Translations under genes and position numbers: made by a program
Assembly (NCBI GenBank): GCA_004431415.1
Contig: QPMI01000181.1
Coordinates: 26,299 to 90,298 of the forward strand
Length of the DNA: 64,000 nucleotides
From: Cyanophora paradoxa CCMP329
Lineage: Eukaryota; Plantae; Glaucophyta
Reading direction: 5' to 3'
The notes under the pieces: model-generated
Told to the model about the DNA's origin: nothing
The model's database searches: none
Seen by the model: only the letters and a program-made list of their open reading frames with translations
Shown here: piece after piece, positions 8,629 to 21,200 of the stretch
Layout: each line of letters begins with the position of its first letter
Position numbering within the stretch: the stretch's first letter is position 1

Positions 8629-8713
8629 ACACATAAAGAAATACAAATTTAAATCCAGGAGCGAAGCGCGAAGCGCGTAGCGGAGGGATTTAAATTTGTA
8701 TTTCTTTATGTGT
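8629..8713. other. Terminal stem-loop: perfect 28-bp inverted repeat with a GC-rich loop
   Basis: acacataaagaaatacaaatttaaatcc (8629-8656) is the reverse complement of 8686-8713. The loop contains GCGAAGC GCGAAGC GCGTAGC. Confidence 0.92.
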
Positions 8714-9496
8714 AACCCAATTCGTTAACCAAACTCGAAACTCAAGAAGTTATTACAGAGTGCGCATTCGCATGCGCTAGCGCTGCAGCTAATATTTATT
8801 GTCCGGCGACAATGCAAATACTCACCTTCAACTGGCCGGCGGCAGGTGCGACTCTGACGGGAGACCTGTCAAGGAGGAGAAGCGGCTTGTAAACGAGCTG
8901 TACATCAAATCGAACAATCTTGCCGTCCTCGTCATCGCAGAGTCCGCGGCGCTGGTCCTCCTGCTTGCTGTGAATAATTTTTGGGTGAATCCATCGCTGA
9001 ACGCGAGGGAATCTGGGATTTCAAATGCGCTGGCCGGCAAGAATAAAGAAGCAATCATGATATACAAAGGCGAGATATGCAGTCTCCTTGCCTCAAATGG
9101 TTCGTTACCAGCCGGCTGATGTTAATAATCGCGTGCTTAATTTTCATGGTAGACGAGGTTCGCGATGAGTTGGCTTCGGAATTTACGCGTCTCAAGATAC
9201 AGACGGCAATGAAATACAAGGATGAATATCGAGTGTACGAGATCGCCAACTGTCCTCTCCATATGCGTGGCAATATGCACAACGGCAAGATCAAGCCATC
9301 CTCATCGATCGCACCGGTCGACGTTGAAGGTGCCGGAACATATGCAAGGCTACCCCCAGCCCCGGCCATCATAGACAGTAACTACAACGCGTTCGCGTAT
9401 GGTGACCCATCGATCGCGAAGAACGTCCGGCATCGCCCTCATGTTAGTGGACCCTCTGCAAATCCTGACCAGCTGCAGCCTCATCATGACGAATAG
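8714..9496 (+). pseudogene. 3' part of a spliced gene of unknown function, apparently truncated by the viral element
   Basis: Putative exons 8714-8759, 8846-8941, 9008-9069 and 9153-9496 join in one frame (PNSLTKLETQEVITE CDSDGRPVKEEKRLV...IAE ESGISN...YK DEVRDEL...HHDE*) using host-style donors gtgcgc/gtccgc/gcgaga. Confidence 0.45.
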
Positions 9497-9708
9497 ACCA
9501 ACGGTAGTACTAGTTCGAGTTCAGTGTATTCCTGCACACCTGCATGCACACAATCGACGATCTTCTAGGACGACCATCAATTTTGTTGTTCCTGCAGATA
9601 TGTGCTCGCAGCCTCGTGAGCTGTAGCGCTTCTAGATCTGATGTAAATCGACTCGCGATCAGCTATTGCAACTTGTGGATGTGTGTGTGTTGTTTGTTGG
9701 GTAAAGGA

Positions 9709-9732
9709 TGTGTGTGTGTGTGTGTGTGTGTG
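9709..9732. repeat. (TG)12 microsatellite
   Basis: Direct reading. Confidence 0.9.
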
Positions 9733-9855
9733 GTGTGGTGGGGGTTCAGTGCAAGAGTTCTAAGTGCGTTCGATCCGCTGTCGACGTCGACATGGTTCAA
9801 CTCACTTCACACGTACACGCCCCCTGGCCCAGGCCCCCCCGAGCCCCCCCCGCCC

Positions 9856-12800
9856 CTACTCCTGGGAGAGGACCTGGGTGATGGCGCGGACGACGGGCGA
9901 GGCGGCGACGTCGGTGCGCGGCTCGGCGAGCTTGCGCTCCAGCAGCTCGTCCACCAACGCCCGCAGCTCCCGCGCCAGCACCGCCACCCGCGCCGGCGCG
10001 TGGAACTCGATCTGCAGCGCGACGGGCTCAGCAACCGGTACGAGATGGATTTTAGGAGGTTTAAGATTTTAGTTCAGGGGCCTATCGTTTCCAGATTACG
10101 AGACGCGGGTGGGTGGGAGTGGGGCCGCTCGCGTCGCACCCAGCCGTCGACGGCGACGACGGCGCGCTGGTGGTCGACGGAGATGGGGCCCCCGAAGAGC
10201 AGCAGCGCGAACGGCGACACCTGCACCGGCGAGATGTCAGGAGGGAGGAGGAGGCGGCCGCGGCGGTGCAGGTGGCGGGGCCATGCAGCGGTGCCGGCCG
10301 CGGGAGCTCTTTTTTTTGGGGGTGGGGGGGGGTGGGGGGTGGGCGGGGGGGGACCATGGAGGAATCGCGGATGAAGACCTTGTTCGTCTTGACCTGCGCG
10401 CCTGCATCAGCGAACGAAGAGGGGGCACGAGGGGGAGGGGGGGGGTTAGGGTCGCGCGCCTTCTCGAGGAAGACGAGCCAGCGGGACTCGAAGTCGGTCG
10501 AGGCGAAGTTGACCGAGCCCGGGTGCAGGTGCACCCGCCCTGCCGGCGCGCGGGGAGCGGCGGCGTCAGGCTCGAGCCGGGCCGCAAGGAGCCGGGGGCG
10601 GCGGGCGGGCGGGTCGAGGGCGGCGGGCGGGCGGGCGGGGCGGACCGTCGTGCTTGGTGGAGTGGGTGATCTCCCGCGCCTTGTGGTCCTTCGCCATGCT
10701 GCCCCCGCCGTCTCCGCGTACTGCGGGGGGGGGGGGGGGGGGGGGGGGGGGCAGGGGTTAGACGGCGGGGAGCGAATGGGCGGGGCGGATAATTGCGGTC
10801 TCTTCAGTCCACGCACAGGGCGGACCCCTCGCAGGATTCTAGCAAGCAAATGCACGGGGCGGATGGAGGGAGGGAGGGGGCGGGCCGGGGAGGGGCGGGG
10901 GGCGGGGGGCGGGGGGGAGGGGGGAGCGGACCTTTGTCTCGGGGAGCTCGACGGAGACGACGTTGGGGTAGAGCCCCGCCGCCAGCACCGCCCGCACCTG
11001 CGCGGCCCGGCGGTGGTCGGACCCGGGGCGGGGGGAGGGGGGGGGGGGGGCGGCGGGCGGGGGGGCGAGAAGGGGGGGGGGGGGGCGGGGCCCCGGGCCG
11101 TCTCTAGGGCCTCTTGGGAAATGTCGTGAAAGCTTAGGTCATCTTTTTCTCTAGATCACGTCAGATCTCTAGGCCGCGTTTGAATTCTCGCAACGAGGCC
11201 GTCGCTTGGGCCATTTTCAACAAAGGGTTTCTTGGCGGCGGGCGAGCGCGGGGCCGGGCCCGCACCAGCTTCACGTTCTTCGCCTGCGCGTTCGCCCGCG
11301 CGCCCTTGGCCTCTGCGCGCCCGGCCCCGCCCCGTGAGCCGGTCATCGGCGGTGTAAAGAAGCCTGGAAAGCCCGGGGCGCCCAGCGAGTCTAGGGCGCC
11401 CAGGCTTCTTCTCGAGCGAGACAGAGAGGCGCCGGTTCGGGAAGCCTGGAAAGCCCACGGCGCCCGGGCGCGCGAAGGAGTGGCTTCGGGGGCGCACCGA
11501 AGCCGATGTCGCGGAGGAGGTCGGCGAACTGGTGCCGCAGGTCGCTCATCGTCCGAAGCGTCTGCCGCGACAGGAAGTGCTGCGCCGCCGGCCGCGCGAG
11601 AGGCGAGACGAGTCAGGCCGAGCGCGTCGACCGGGAAGCACGCGGAATGGTTCGAGGCGTTCTAGCGCGCAAGCTAGGCTAGGTAGGCCATGCGGTTGGC
11701 GCCGGCCCGGCCCCAGCCAACTCCGAGTCCGCCCTCGTCTAGCTAATGGCTAATGCTAATGTGCCTATATATGCTAATGGCTTGTGGCTATATATGCCAA
11801 GCAAGTAACGCGAGCGACCTCGTTGCAGTAGGCGTCGTCGCGGCCCTGGGAGCGGGCGTCGAGCCAGCCGTTGTAGGCCCGCAGCGTCGTCAGGTGGTCC
11901 GAGCGCCCCACCGCCATCCCACGCTTCGCCTTGTTCGCCTGAGGGCGACGGGGAGGGCGGGCGGGATGAGATGAGGGGCAAGCGGTGAGATAAGAGCTTT
12001 GGTAAGAGCGAGCTAGGAAGCCTAAGATGTTTCTAGGAAGCTAGGAAGCTTGAATCGAAGCGGAAGGCAGCTGGACTCCTGCAGCTGCAGCTCGCAGCCG
12101 GGGCTCTCGATCCATCGGGCGCGGGCGCGGGGGGCACCTCGTCGCGCTTCTCGAGGGGGGCGACGAAGGGGGAGCGGGAGGAGAGCCCCGCCGCGATCGT
12201 CAGGATCGGGTCCACGCACCTGCCGGGGCCGGGGCGACGGCGTCAGATAGGGAAGGAGCACAGCGGAGGAAAGCGCAGGGGGCGGGCGGGCGGACTGGAA
12301 GACGGCTTAGCTAATAATTAAGACTCTGAACTTAGTTTATAGTTACGATTATGAACTCTTCGAGCAGGTAAAGCAGCGAGCAAATCAAAGCAAAGCGGGC
12401 GGACTGGAACACGGAGGCGAGGAGGAAGGACGGGAGGAGTAAAGGATCTATCTATCTAAATATCTGCTATGATGAAAGGATCTATCTATCTATCCATCCG
12501 AACTCTATTATTATGAACTCTTAGAGCGGATAAGCAAGCGGAGGGGGCGGTTTGGAAGATCTCCCTCTATGGTAAAGCGGGCGGACTCTATCTTGTTCGT
12601 AAAGGACCTCCCTATAAAGGGGGCGGGCGGGCGGAGGGGCGGGCGGACTGGAGGACGGAGGCGAGGAGGAAGGACGGGAGGAGTAAAGGATCTATCTATC
12701 TATCTATCTCTTTATCCAGCCTCCGGTCTGGAAAGTCTCTTTATCCATCTCTTTATCTTAAGCAAAGCAAAGCAAAGCAAAGGGGGCGGACTGGAAGACG

Positions 12801-15176
12801 GAGGCGAGGAAGGACGGAAGGAATGAAGGATGTTTTTTTTTATCTCTATCATAAAGGATCTATTGTTATTAATCTATCGGGCTGGGTCTCTATCTCTATT
12901 ATAAAGGATCTCCTTGTAAGGAAAGGAAGGTGCGGGCGGGCGGACTGGAAGACGGAGGCGAGGAGGAGCATCTTGCCGACGCGCACGTCCACCGGCAGCG
13001 ACGCCAGGTGCCGCCCCAGCGGCGTCGCGCCCCCCTCCCTGCGCGGAGGCGCGTGAGAGGGGGGAGGCCGCAGGAGGCCCGGCGCTAGTGCGAGGGGCGG
13101 CCCTGCGTCCAACGTCTATGTCCCTCTTTCGATCTAGTGCCTCGCTGTTCTGGTCTGTCTGTCTCGGGCCGCGGCGCACGCGTTGAGGGCGCCGATCTCC
13201 TTGAGGACCATCACCGCCGCCTCCACCTGCCGCCCCCGTCGCCAAGAGCGGGAGGGGGGGGAGAAAGAGGGGGGTGCGCCGGCGGCGCGCCTGCTCGCGG
13301 GGCGGGGGCTGCAGGGCCTCCCCAAGGAAGGCCTGCGGGTCCCCGTACCCCAGCACCTGCGCGGGGGCGAGGGGAGGGCCGAATCAGCGATGCCGGCCAG
13401 CCTCTCTGTCTACCCGAAGTCACGGACCTCGATTTGGAGGCAGAGCTGCTCGAGGGGCACGCGGAGCATCTCGGGCAGCTGCTGCTCCGCCATCGCCTCG
13501 TGCCGCCGCCGCGTGAAGAGCCGGAAGCAGCGCCCCGGCCGCACGCGCCCCGCCCGGCCCCGCCGCTGCTTCGCCGACGCCTGCGGGCAGGGGCGGTCAG
13601 CCCCGTCCGTCTGGTATGGCACGGCTCTCGTGGGGGATCGTCCAAGGCGCGCCTTGGAGACCCACGTCTCGACGAGGGCCGTCAGCCGCGTCGCCGCGTC
13701 GTACTGCCCCCCGCCCGCCCGGTCAGAAGATGGAGGAGACGGAGGAGAGTGAGGAGGGCGGGGCGCCTGATTCTCTCCTAGCTATAGGTTCTCCTAGTTT
13801 CTCTAGGAACCGAGGAGGGCGGGTAGGGAGGGGCGGGGTACCTGGTTCTCCTTGACGCGGCCGGCGTCGACGACGTACACGCAGTCGTCCACCGTGATCG
13901 ACCTGCCGCCCCGGCCCCGCCCCGCCTCTCAGCATCGGCCTCGGCCTCGGCTTCAAGGTATCCAGTCTCTACTGATTCGCTTGAGCTTCTAGTGCGCCCG
14001 GCCCTCCGCCGCCCCGCCCGGCCCCCTGCCGCCGCTCCCTAGACGATTTGCGATGGCTCATGTGGTCCACGCACGTCTCGGCGATGTTGGTGGCGATGAC
14101 GACCTTGCGCGTGTTCGGCGGCGCCCGCTCGAAGATCCGCTTCTGGTCCGAGCTGCGCCCCGCCGCCCTCAGCCGCGCGGCGACCGCCGCTTTGAAGGCG
14201 GGAGGGCGCGGACCTGGCGAGGGTGGAGTGGAGGGGCAGGAGGAGGAGACCCCGCACGCCCCGCAGCCGCTCGTGCACCGCCTGAAGCGAGGCGGGAGGG
14301 TTAGGGGGCGGAGGAGGCGGCTCTACAGGCGCTCTCTCTGCACGTGGAGAGGGGTACCTGGATCTCCTGGATGCCCGGGAGGAAGATCAGGATGGCCCCC
14401 TCGCTTTCCTCGGTGTGGATCTGGGGAAGGGGGATACAGGGTCAGAAACCTGTTTAGGAGAAGTGGGGGGAGGGGGGGGAGGGGGGGGGGGGGGGTCGGC
14501 ACCTTCATGACGAGAGCCTCGACGAGGTCGTAATTGATCTGGGTAAGGGGGTACGGAATCGGTGAGCAGAGGGGTACACCCGCGCGTAGGGGGGACGCGC
14601 GGCTCCCGCTCGCCTGCTCCTCGTTGTCGGAGAGGGTCACGAGGGCCTTGACCGTCCGCTCGCTGTACCCCTGCGCAACAAAGAGAAAAGGTGAGCTCAG
14701 GTGAGTTCAGGTGAGGGGGTACGGGGTTTTCGGACCTTGTACTGGGCGGACGCCTCGGCGAGCTCGTCGAAGGACGTCGCCTCCTCGGCCGCCGCGGGCC
14801 CGTCGCCGCCGCCGGCCGCCGCCGCGGCAGCGGCCGCCGCCGCGCGGCTCTGGTTGCGCTTGCGCGAGGGGCGCCACTCCAGCGCGTAGCTGGAGCAAAG
14901 GTATCAGACCCAGATGGACACGGAAAGAGCAAGCCGAATGGAAGGCGGGGCGAGTGCTCTCCCTTCCATCTATTCGCTATTTATCTCCTTGACTTTGCTA
15001 TTTATCTATCCAGAAGGAAGCCGGGGCGGGGGGCGCGGCGCACCCGTCGCAGAACTCGAGGGTGTCCTCCAGGAAGTACTCCTTGACGGGGTGCGTGAAC
15101 CCCGGGATGTCCACCGCCGGGCACCTGAGAACAGAGGATGAGATGAGACAGATGAGGCGGGCGGGCGGGCGGGCGG

Positions 15177-15207
<31 letters not shown>

Positions 15208-18200
15208 CGGGCGGGCGGGGCGCGCCCGGCGAAGTAGTTGGAGAAGAGGTGCGCGTTGATGGTCGCCGACATGAGCACCACCTGCCCGAAGAAGGCGCTC
15301 GCTCGGGCTGGATCTATGTCGGGTTTGGGGTGGGGGCGGGCGTGCCTTGAGGTCGGGGCGGGCGGGGAGGAGGCGCTTGAGGATGACGAGGAGGAAGTCG
15401 CTGTCCAGCGACCGCTCGTGCACCTGCCCCCCGGCCGCTCGGCTCAGAAGAAGATGCTAGAAGATGCAAGCAAGCTAGAGAGTCGAGGGGGCCCGAGCAA
15501 CAAGGGCCCGCGCCCTCTCCGCTTCGACTTCTAGTTCGGCTGCAAGCCAGCTAGAAGACGCAAGACGCAGGCTAGCTAGAGAGCTGAGCTTGGCTCGCTC
15601 GCCTCGTCGATGAGGAGGTGGGTGCAGCGGGCGAGGCGGGGGTCGGACTGGAGCTTGCGGAGGAGGACGCCCGTCGTCGCGAAGAGCAGCCGCGTCTCCC
15701 GCGACGCCACCGACTCCAGCCGCACCTGCGGGGGGCGCGGGCGGGCGTCAGGAGAGGGAGAAAAGAGGTCAGGCGCCGGGGTCATGGCCGAGGGGCCGCC
15801 ATCCATCAATCATAGCTAGATCCCGCCCCCATGGCCGAGGGGCCGCCGATTTGATAGCTTAGGTCCAGGGTTCATTCCCGAGGGGCCGCCATCAAGAATA
15901 GAACAGAAGGACCCGAGGCCCGGGGGGCGGACCTGGTAGCCGACGGTGGCGCCGGCCTTCTCGCCCCGCTCGTACGCGACACGCTCCGCCACGCCTGCGA
16001 CGGGAGACCGGGTCGCATCGCACCGGGGGGTACGGGGGGGGAGGGGGGGGGGAAGCGGGGCGCGGGGCCGAGTGCCGTCCCAGAAGGCCCCTCGAGCCCC
16101 CAGCAGGGGCTCGGGGGGATGCAAATAGACGGGTACTTCAAACTCCCCCGGCTCCCTCCCTGCCCGCCCCCTCGCGGCGCGGGGCGGGGCGGGGCGCGTG
16201 TCGGACCGATGGCGGAGATGCGGCGGGGCTGGGTGCAGACGATGGAGCAGTACTCGCCGGCCTCCAGCGCCGCCTCCAGGATGAACTGGGGGACCTGCGG
16301 GGGGTAGAGGGGGGGCGAAGGTGAGCGCGGAGAAGAAGAGGAGGAGGCGTCGCTAGGCTAGGCCGGGCTTCGCAGGCGTGCGGCGCCTAGCCTCGAGGGC
16401 GGGCGGGCGGGGCGGGGCGGGGGGGACCTGGGTTGACTTGCCGCAGCCCGTCTCGCCCCGCACCAGCACAACCTGCGCGCCCAAGGGCAAGGGCTCAGGG
16501 AGGGAGGGAGCGCCGCCAACAACACCAGCGAGAGCTTAGGATGAGAAGGCGGCCTCCAAGCAGCCAGGACAGGCGGGGCGGGGCGGGGCGGGGCGGTTTC
16601 AAAGGGCGGGGCGGGGGCACCTGGTTGGAGGCGACGGCGGCGAGGACCTGCGAGCGGAAGGAGGCGGCGGGGAGGCGGCCCCGCGCCGCCGCCACCCGCG
16701 ACCCCTCCCCGGACTCCGCCCTGCCCGGGCCGAGCGCGCGGCCGGTTAGAGGGAAGGCGCGGCTCGCTTTGGCCTGATCCTTAGCTAGCTTCGGCTCGAA
16801 AGGGGCGTAATCTCTACCTCGTTCTTAGCTTTCCGGTTGTCGTTGCTTTCTTCTTCAGCTTAGCTTCTTCTTTAGGATTGTAACCTCTGGAACTGGAGGG
16901 GCGGGCGGGGGCGCACCAGGCCTTGGCGGCCGCCCGCAGGCGCGCGAGGTGCGCGGGGTCCTCCGCCGCGTGCGGCGGCCGCGCCGGCGGGCCCCGCCCG
17001 CCCGCCGGCCCCCTCCGGCCCCGGGCTTGTCAGCGCCCCGGTACACAGTTGAGCCGCTGCGAGGGGCGAGGTCGATAAGGCGCCCGTTCCTACGGCCTTA
17101 AAACAAGGCAGACGAAGCCCAGCGGACCTGCTGACGCTCGCCGTGTCGTCGGCCGGCGGTGGCGGGGCCGGCGGCGCCGCTGCGGGTGCCGGCGCGGCCT
17201 GCGGCGCCGCTTCGACCGCGGCCGCCGGGCTATCCAGCTCCTCCCACGACTCCGAGGCGCCCTCCTGTAGCACAGGCGGCGCCGGGGGCTTCGGCACGTC
17301 CGCCTTGAGCGATCCGGCAGGCGCGGCCGGGGCAGCCGAAGGGGCCGCCGGCCCCTCCTCCGCCGCCGCCTTGCCGCCCTTGGCGCCGCCCTTGCCGCCG
17401 GCCTTGCCGCCGCCGGCGCCGGCGCCGCCCTTGCCGCGGCCCTTTGCGGCGGCGCGGGCGAGGGAGGCCTTGTGCGCCGCCACTGCGCATGCCGCCCCGG
17501 CGCGAGTCAGATGAACGAAGACTCGCCCACACACGCTTGCGAGAGCGGTCTACAAGCGGCCCAGGCGCAGCCTCAGCCCAGCCTCCCTGCGGCGGACCTG
17601 CGGCGGCGGGGTCGTTGCCCGCGGCGACGGCGGCGGCCGCGACGGCCTCCTCCTCCGCCGCCGCCCGCTTCTTCGCCTCCTCCTCCTCCGCCCGCTGCGC
17701 GCCCGAACCCGTCAGGCCGAGCCGAGCCGAGGCGGACTCGAGGCCTTCGCGGGAAGGAAGCCAAGCCCTTCACCGGCTTAGGCTCCCAGGCTAGCGCCCT
17801 AGGGCTCGCCCGTCTCTCAGGGTAGGCCGCGGACCGCCTCTCGAGACACATCGAAAAGGCTAGCCTGCTTGCTTGGACCTTCCCCAGCTCCGCGGGGCGG
17901 GGGGCGGACTCGGGGGCCGTGGCGGCGGACCTGCTGCTCCTTGAAGCGGATGTTGCGGCGGATCTCCTCCGACGTCTCCGCGTCCACCTCCAGCGTCACG
18001 CACCTGCAAGAGGGAAGAGGAACTAGTTAAGAGGCGCTGGTGGGGAGGCAGAGCTCGAACGAGCTTTGGAGCTTCGAAGAGGCCGCTTTAAAGAACTTTA
18101 GGTCTTTAAAGAGCTTTGGAGCTTCAGGGAGGGAAGGAGGACGAGGGAAGAAGAGCTAGTCAGAGGGGCAACGAGGCAGAGCTTTAAAGAGCTTTAGAGC

Positions 18201-21200
18201 CTTCGATGAGAGAGCTCCGGCTCACTTAGCTTCCTTAAGCTCTAAAGCTTTTGACCTTTAAAAGAGGCCGCTTTAACGAACTTCAGAGCTTTAAAGAGCT
18301 TTAGAGCCTAAAAAGAGCTTCAAAGAGGGCGCACTTGAAGGTGCCGTCCTTGTTGAGGGTTGGGGCCGCCGCGCCCGTGCCCGGCGCCGGCGGCGCCGGC
18401 GGCGACGGCGCCCGCGGGATCGGCGGCAGCGCCGGCTCGCCCTGCGGGGGGGAGGGGAGGGGAAGGGGGGGGGGAGATGTTTTAGAAGAGGAGAAAGGGC
18501 GGGATAGGATTAGAGGGGTACGCGTGCGCACGTTCGCGCCGGCCAGGATCATGGGGAGGGAGGACTGGAGGAACATGACGAGCGAGAAGACGACGGGTAC
18601 CCCCGCCTGGAGAGGGGGGTACAGGCGTCACGGAGGGTACGGAGGATGTTGAGAGGGGGGGGGTACCTGAGCGACCGCCTGCTCGGCGAGGCGAACGGTG
18701 GCATGGAGGCGGGCCCGGGGGGGAAGGGAGCTGCGAAACGAGGGCGTCGGGAGGGTACGGAACAAATGACCAGGAAGGCCGGGGGTACATTGCGGTGAAG
18801 GAGACGAGGGGGGCGCGAGAGGGGTAGAGGCACTCCTTCGGGAAGAAAAACTCGACCGTGCAGGGGCCGACGACGGCGGGGTCCTCAAACTGAGAGAGAA
18901 AAATGCGTTGGTACCCCACAAAGCCACCAAAAAGGAGGGAAAAGGGGTACCGTGACGGAGAGGCCGTCCCCCTCCGGGAACCGGTACAGCTGCGTTCCAA
19001 AAATAGACTCGAGGGCGACCAGCTCCTCCTCCCTCTGGGCCGCCAGGTCCTCCTCCTAAAGGGGGGGGGGAGATGTCAGAGGGGTACGGGATTCGGGAAG
19101 GGGGGTACTTGGCGAACCTTGACGAGGGCGCCCCCGGGCGGCCGCTGACCGCCGTCCACGAGAACTGTCGGTTGGGGGGGGGGGAAGAATCAAAGGGGGG
19201 TAGGGGATGAATCAGGGGGTACCGAATCTCGCACGTCCGAGGAGGAGGAAGAGGGCGGCGCGGGAGTCGCCGCGGGCCTTCTGGAGGGCCCAGCTGGCGT
19301 ACCCCTGGGGCCACCCGAGGTCCCGGATCCGGGCGCCGGCGTCCCCCGGGCCGCCCGCCTCCCCCCCGTTCTCCCCTTCGGCCTTGTTCTTGCCCTCGCC
19401 GCCCTTCTTCTGGTTCGCGAAGGCAACGACCTGGAGGAGGAGGAGGGGACGGCGGGCAACGTGAGAGGGATCGCAAGATACATCTAGGGCGCTCGGAGGC
19501 CGGAACGCGAGAACGCTCGCGGTCCCGAAGCAGATCAAAGGGAAGGGAAGGGAAGGGGGCGGGGGAGGGCGGACCTGGATGCCCTTGGAGGGCTCGAAGG
19601 CCTTTGGGAGGAGGTGCTCGGGCACGTTCAGCATCAGCCAGTCCAGGGCGCCCGCCAGGTCCTGGATGAGAGGGAGGTTGGGGAAGGAGGAGGAGGAGTG
19701 TGAAGGAGGATGAGGAGAAGGGCGGACGGAGGAGGCGCGGGCGGCCTGGTCGGCGTCGGCCTTGTCGAAGCCGAGGTTCGCCAGCTGCGTGATCAGCTTC
19801 CGCACCTGCCGGGAGGGCGGGGGGCGGGGGTCAGGAGAGAGGGGAGGAGCCTGGAGGGAGGGTGCGCGGCCGGCCGGCCGGCCGCGCCCTTCCCCCCGCT
19901 TCGCCCTCCCTTCCCCCCGCACCTCGGACTCCTCCCGCTTCTTCCCCGCCAGTTCCTCCAGCAGCTCCTGCGGGGCGGGGCGCGTCAGCCGGCGGCGGGG
20001 CGGGCGCCGCCGAGAAAGCGCTGGGCCTCGGCGTTTAGGGCCCCTCTCGTCTTGGGCGGCGTTCTAAGCTCCCCCGCCCCCCGGGGCGCGGCCGGGGAAG
20101 GGCCCCGGGCCTCGGCGCCCTCGCCAGAACGCCTCTCCTTCTCGGGGGGGGAGGGCGGCGGGGGGGCGGACCTGGGAGGACTGGTCCGCGGCGAGGGCCG
20201 ACGCGTCCTGCGGGGGGCCCCGCGCGTCAGGCGAGGCCGGGTCGAAAGGCGCCCAAACGGCGCCCCAGGCGGCAGCTAAGGCTTCCTAGCCCCGCACGCC
20301 GCCCCGCCCCGTGCGCCCCAGCCGCCGCCCCCGCCCCCCTCACGCACGCGGGAGTTCTCGCGGATGACGCGCTCGACGAGGGCCCGCGTATCCGCGTCCA
20401 GGTGCACCGCCGTCAGCTTCTGCTTGGAGCGGGGGCGAGGCCGAGGCGGGTCAGGGCGTAGTAGAGTTAGGCGGGCGGGCGGGCGCGCGCCTTGGTGGTC
20501 TGCTGGGCGGCGGCGTTCTCCTTCTCGCGCTCCGCCGCCTCCGCCGCCTCCTTTGCCGCCCGCTTCGCCTCCTCCTGCGCCACCGCGTGCTTCTCCGTCT
20601 GCACGGGGGGGAGAACGTTCGTCAGGCGGAGCGCGGGGAGGAGCTCAGAACGCTACACGGCCTGCTGAAGGAGCTAGACAAGAGAAGAGAGACAGCGCCC
20701 AGGGCTACACGATTTGGAGTCGCGAAAGTCCGTTTGGGGCGGGGAGAGGATTGGGGGGAAGGGGGGTACCAGGGAGCGCCAGAGCTCCTTGTATGCGGTG
20801 GGAAGGATGCGGTACATCGGGTTGTCGGGGTTCAGCCCGTGCAACGCCACCTGTGGAGGGGTACAAGAGTGTCAGGGCGGGGGAGGTGAGGCGGGGGTAC
20901 GCAGCGGCTGGGGTGCAGGCCGCAGGGGGTGGGTACAGAAATCGCGCACCACGGCCATGTGGTGCTGCGCCTCGGCGACGGAGGGGAAGTTCTCGCCGTC
21001 CTGCGGGTACGCTAAGCGGCGCAAGGAGTGGGGGCGGGGAAGGAGGGGGGGTACGGCACGCGCCTCGAAGAGCCGCTCGGCGTCGTTCTTGAGAGTGGGG
21101 ATCTTGGGAATCTGCAGGCAGAAGCGGAGGAGGCTCAGCTGCGGCGCGGTGCGCTTGGGGAGGGGGGGATGGAGCGCCTTGACTCGGAAGCGAAAGCGGC

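Larger units (their letters stand above)
1..8713 (+). mobile_element. Right-hand part of an endogenous dsDNA viral element (Polinton-like virus/virophage-like); left end lies outside the window
   Basis: AT-rich, intron-less, tightly packed ORFs with phage/virus fibre motifs (HxH repeats, YLPLTGGT, GGAxIGGGxRVxG). Repeat-rich terminus ending in a 28-bp hairpin, then a switch to GC-richer spliced DNA. Hallmark genes (MCP, pPolB, integrase) are not in the window, so the class is inferred. Confidence 0.72.

Noticed and set aside
8629-8713. Rho-independent terminator or Helitron 3' hairpin
   Set aside because: The stem is long and AT-rich, lies 1.4 kb from the nearest upstream viral gene, and has neither a U-tract after a GC stem nor a CTRR end.
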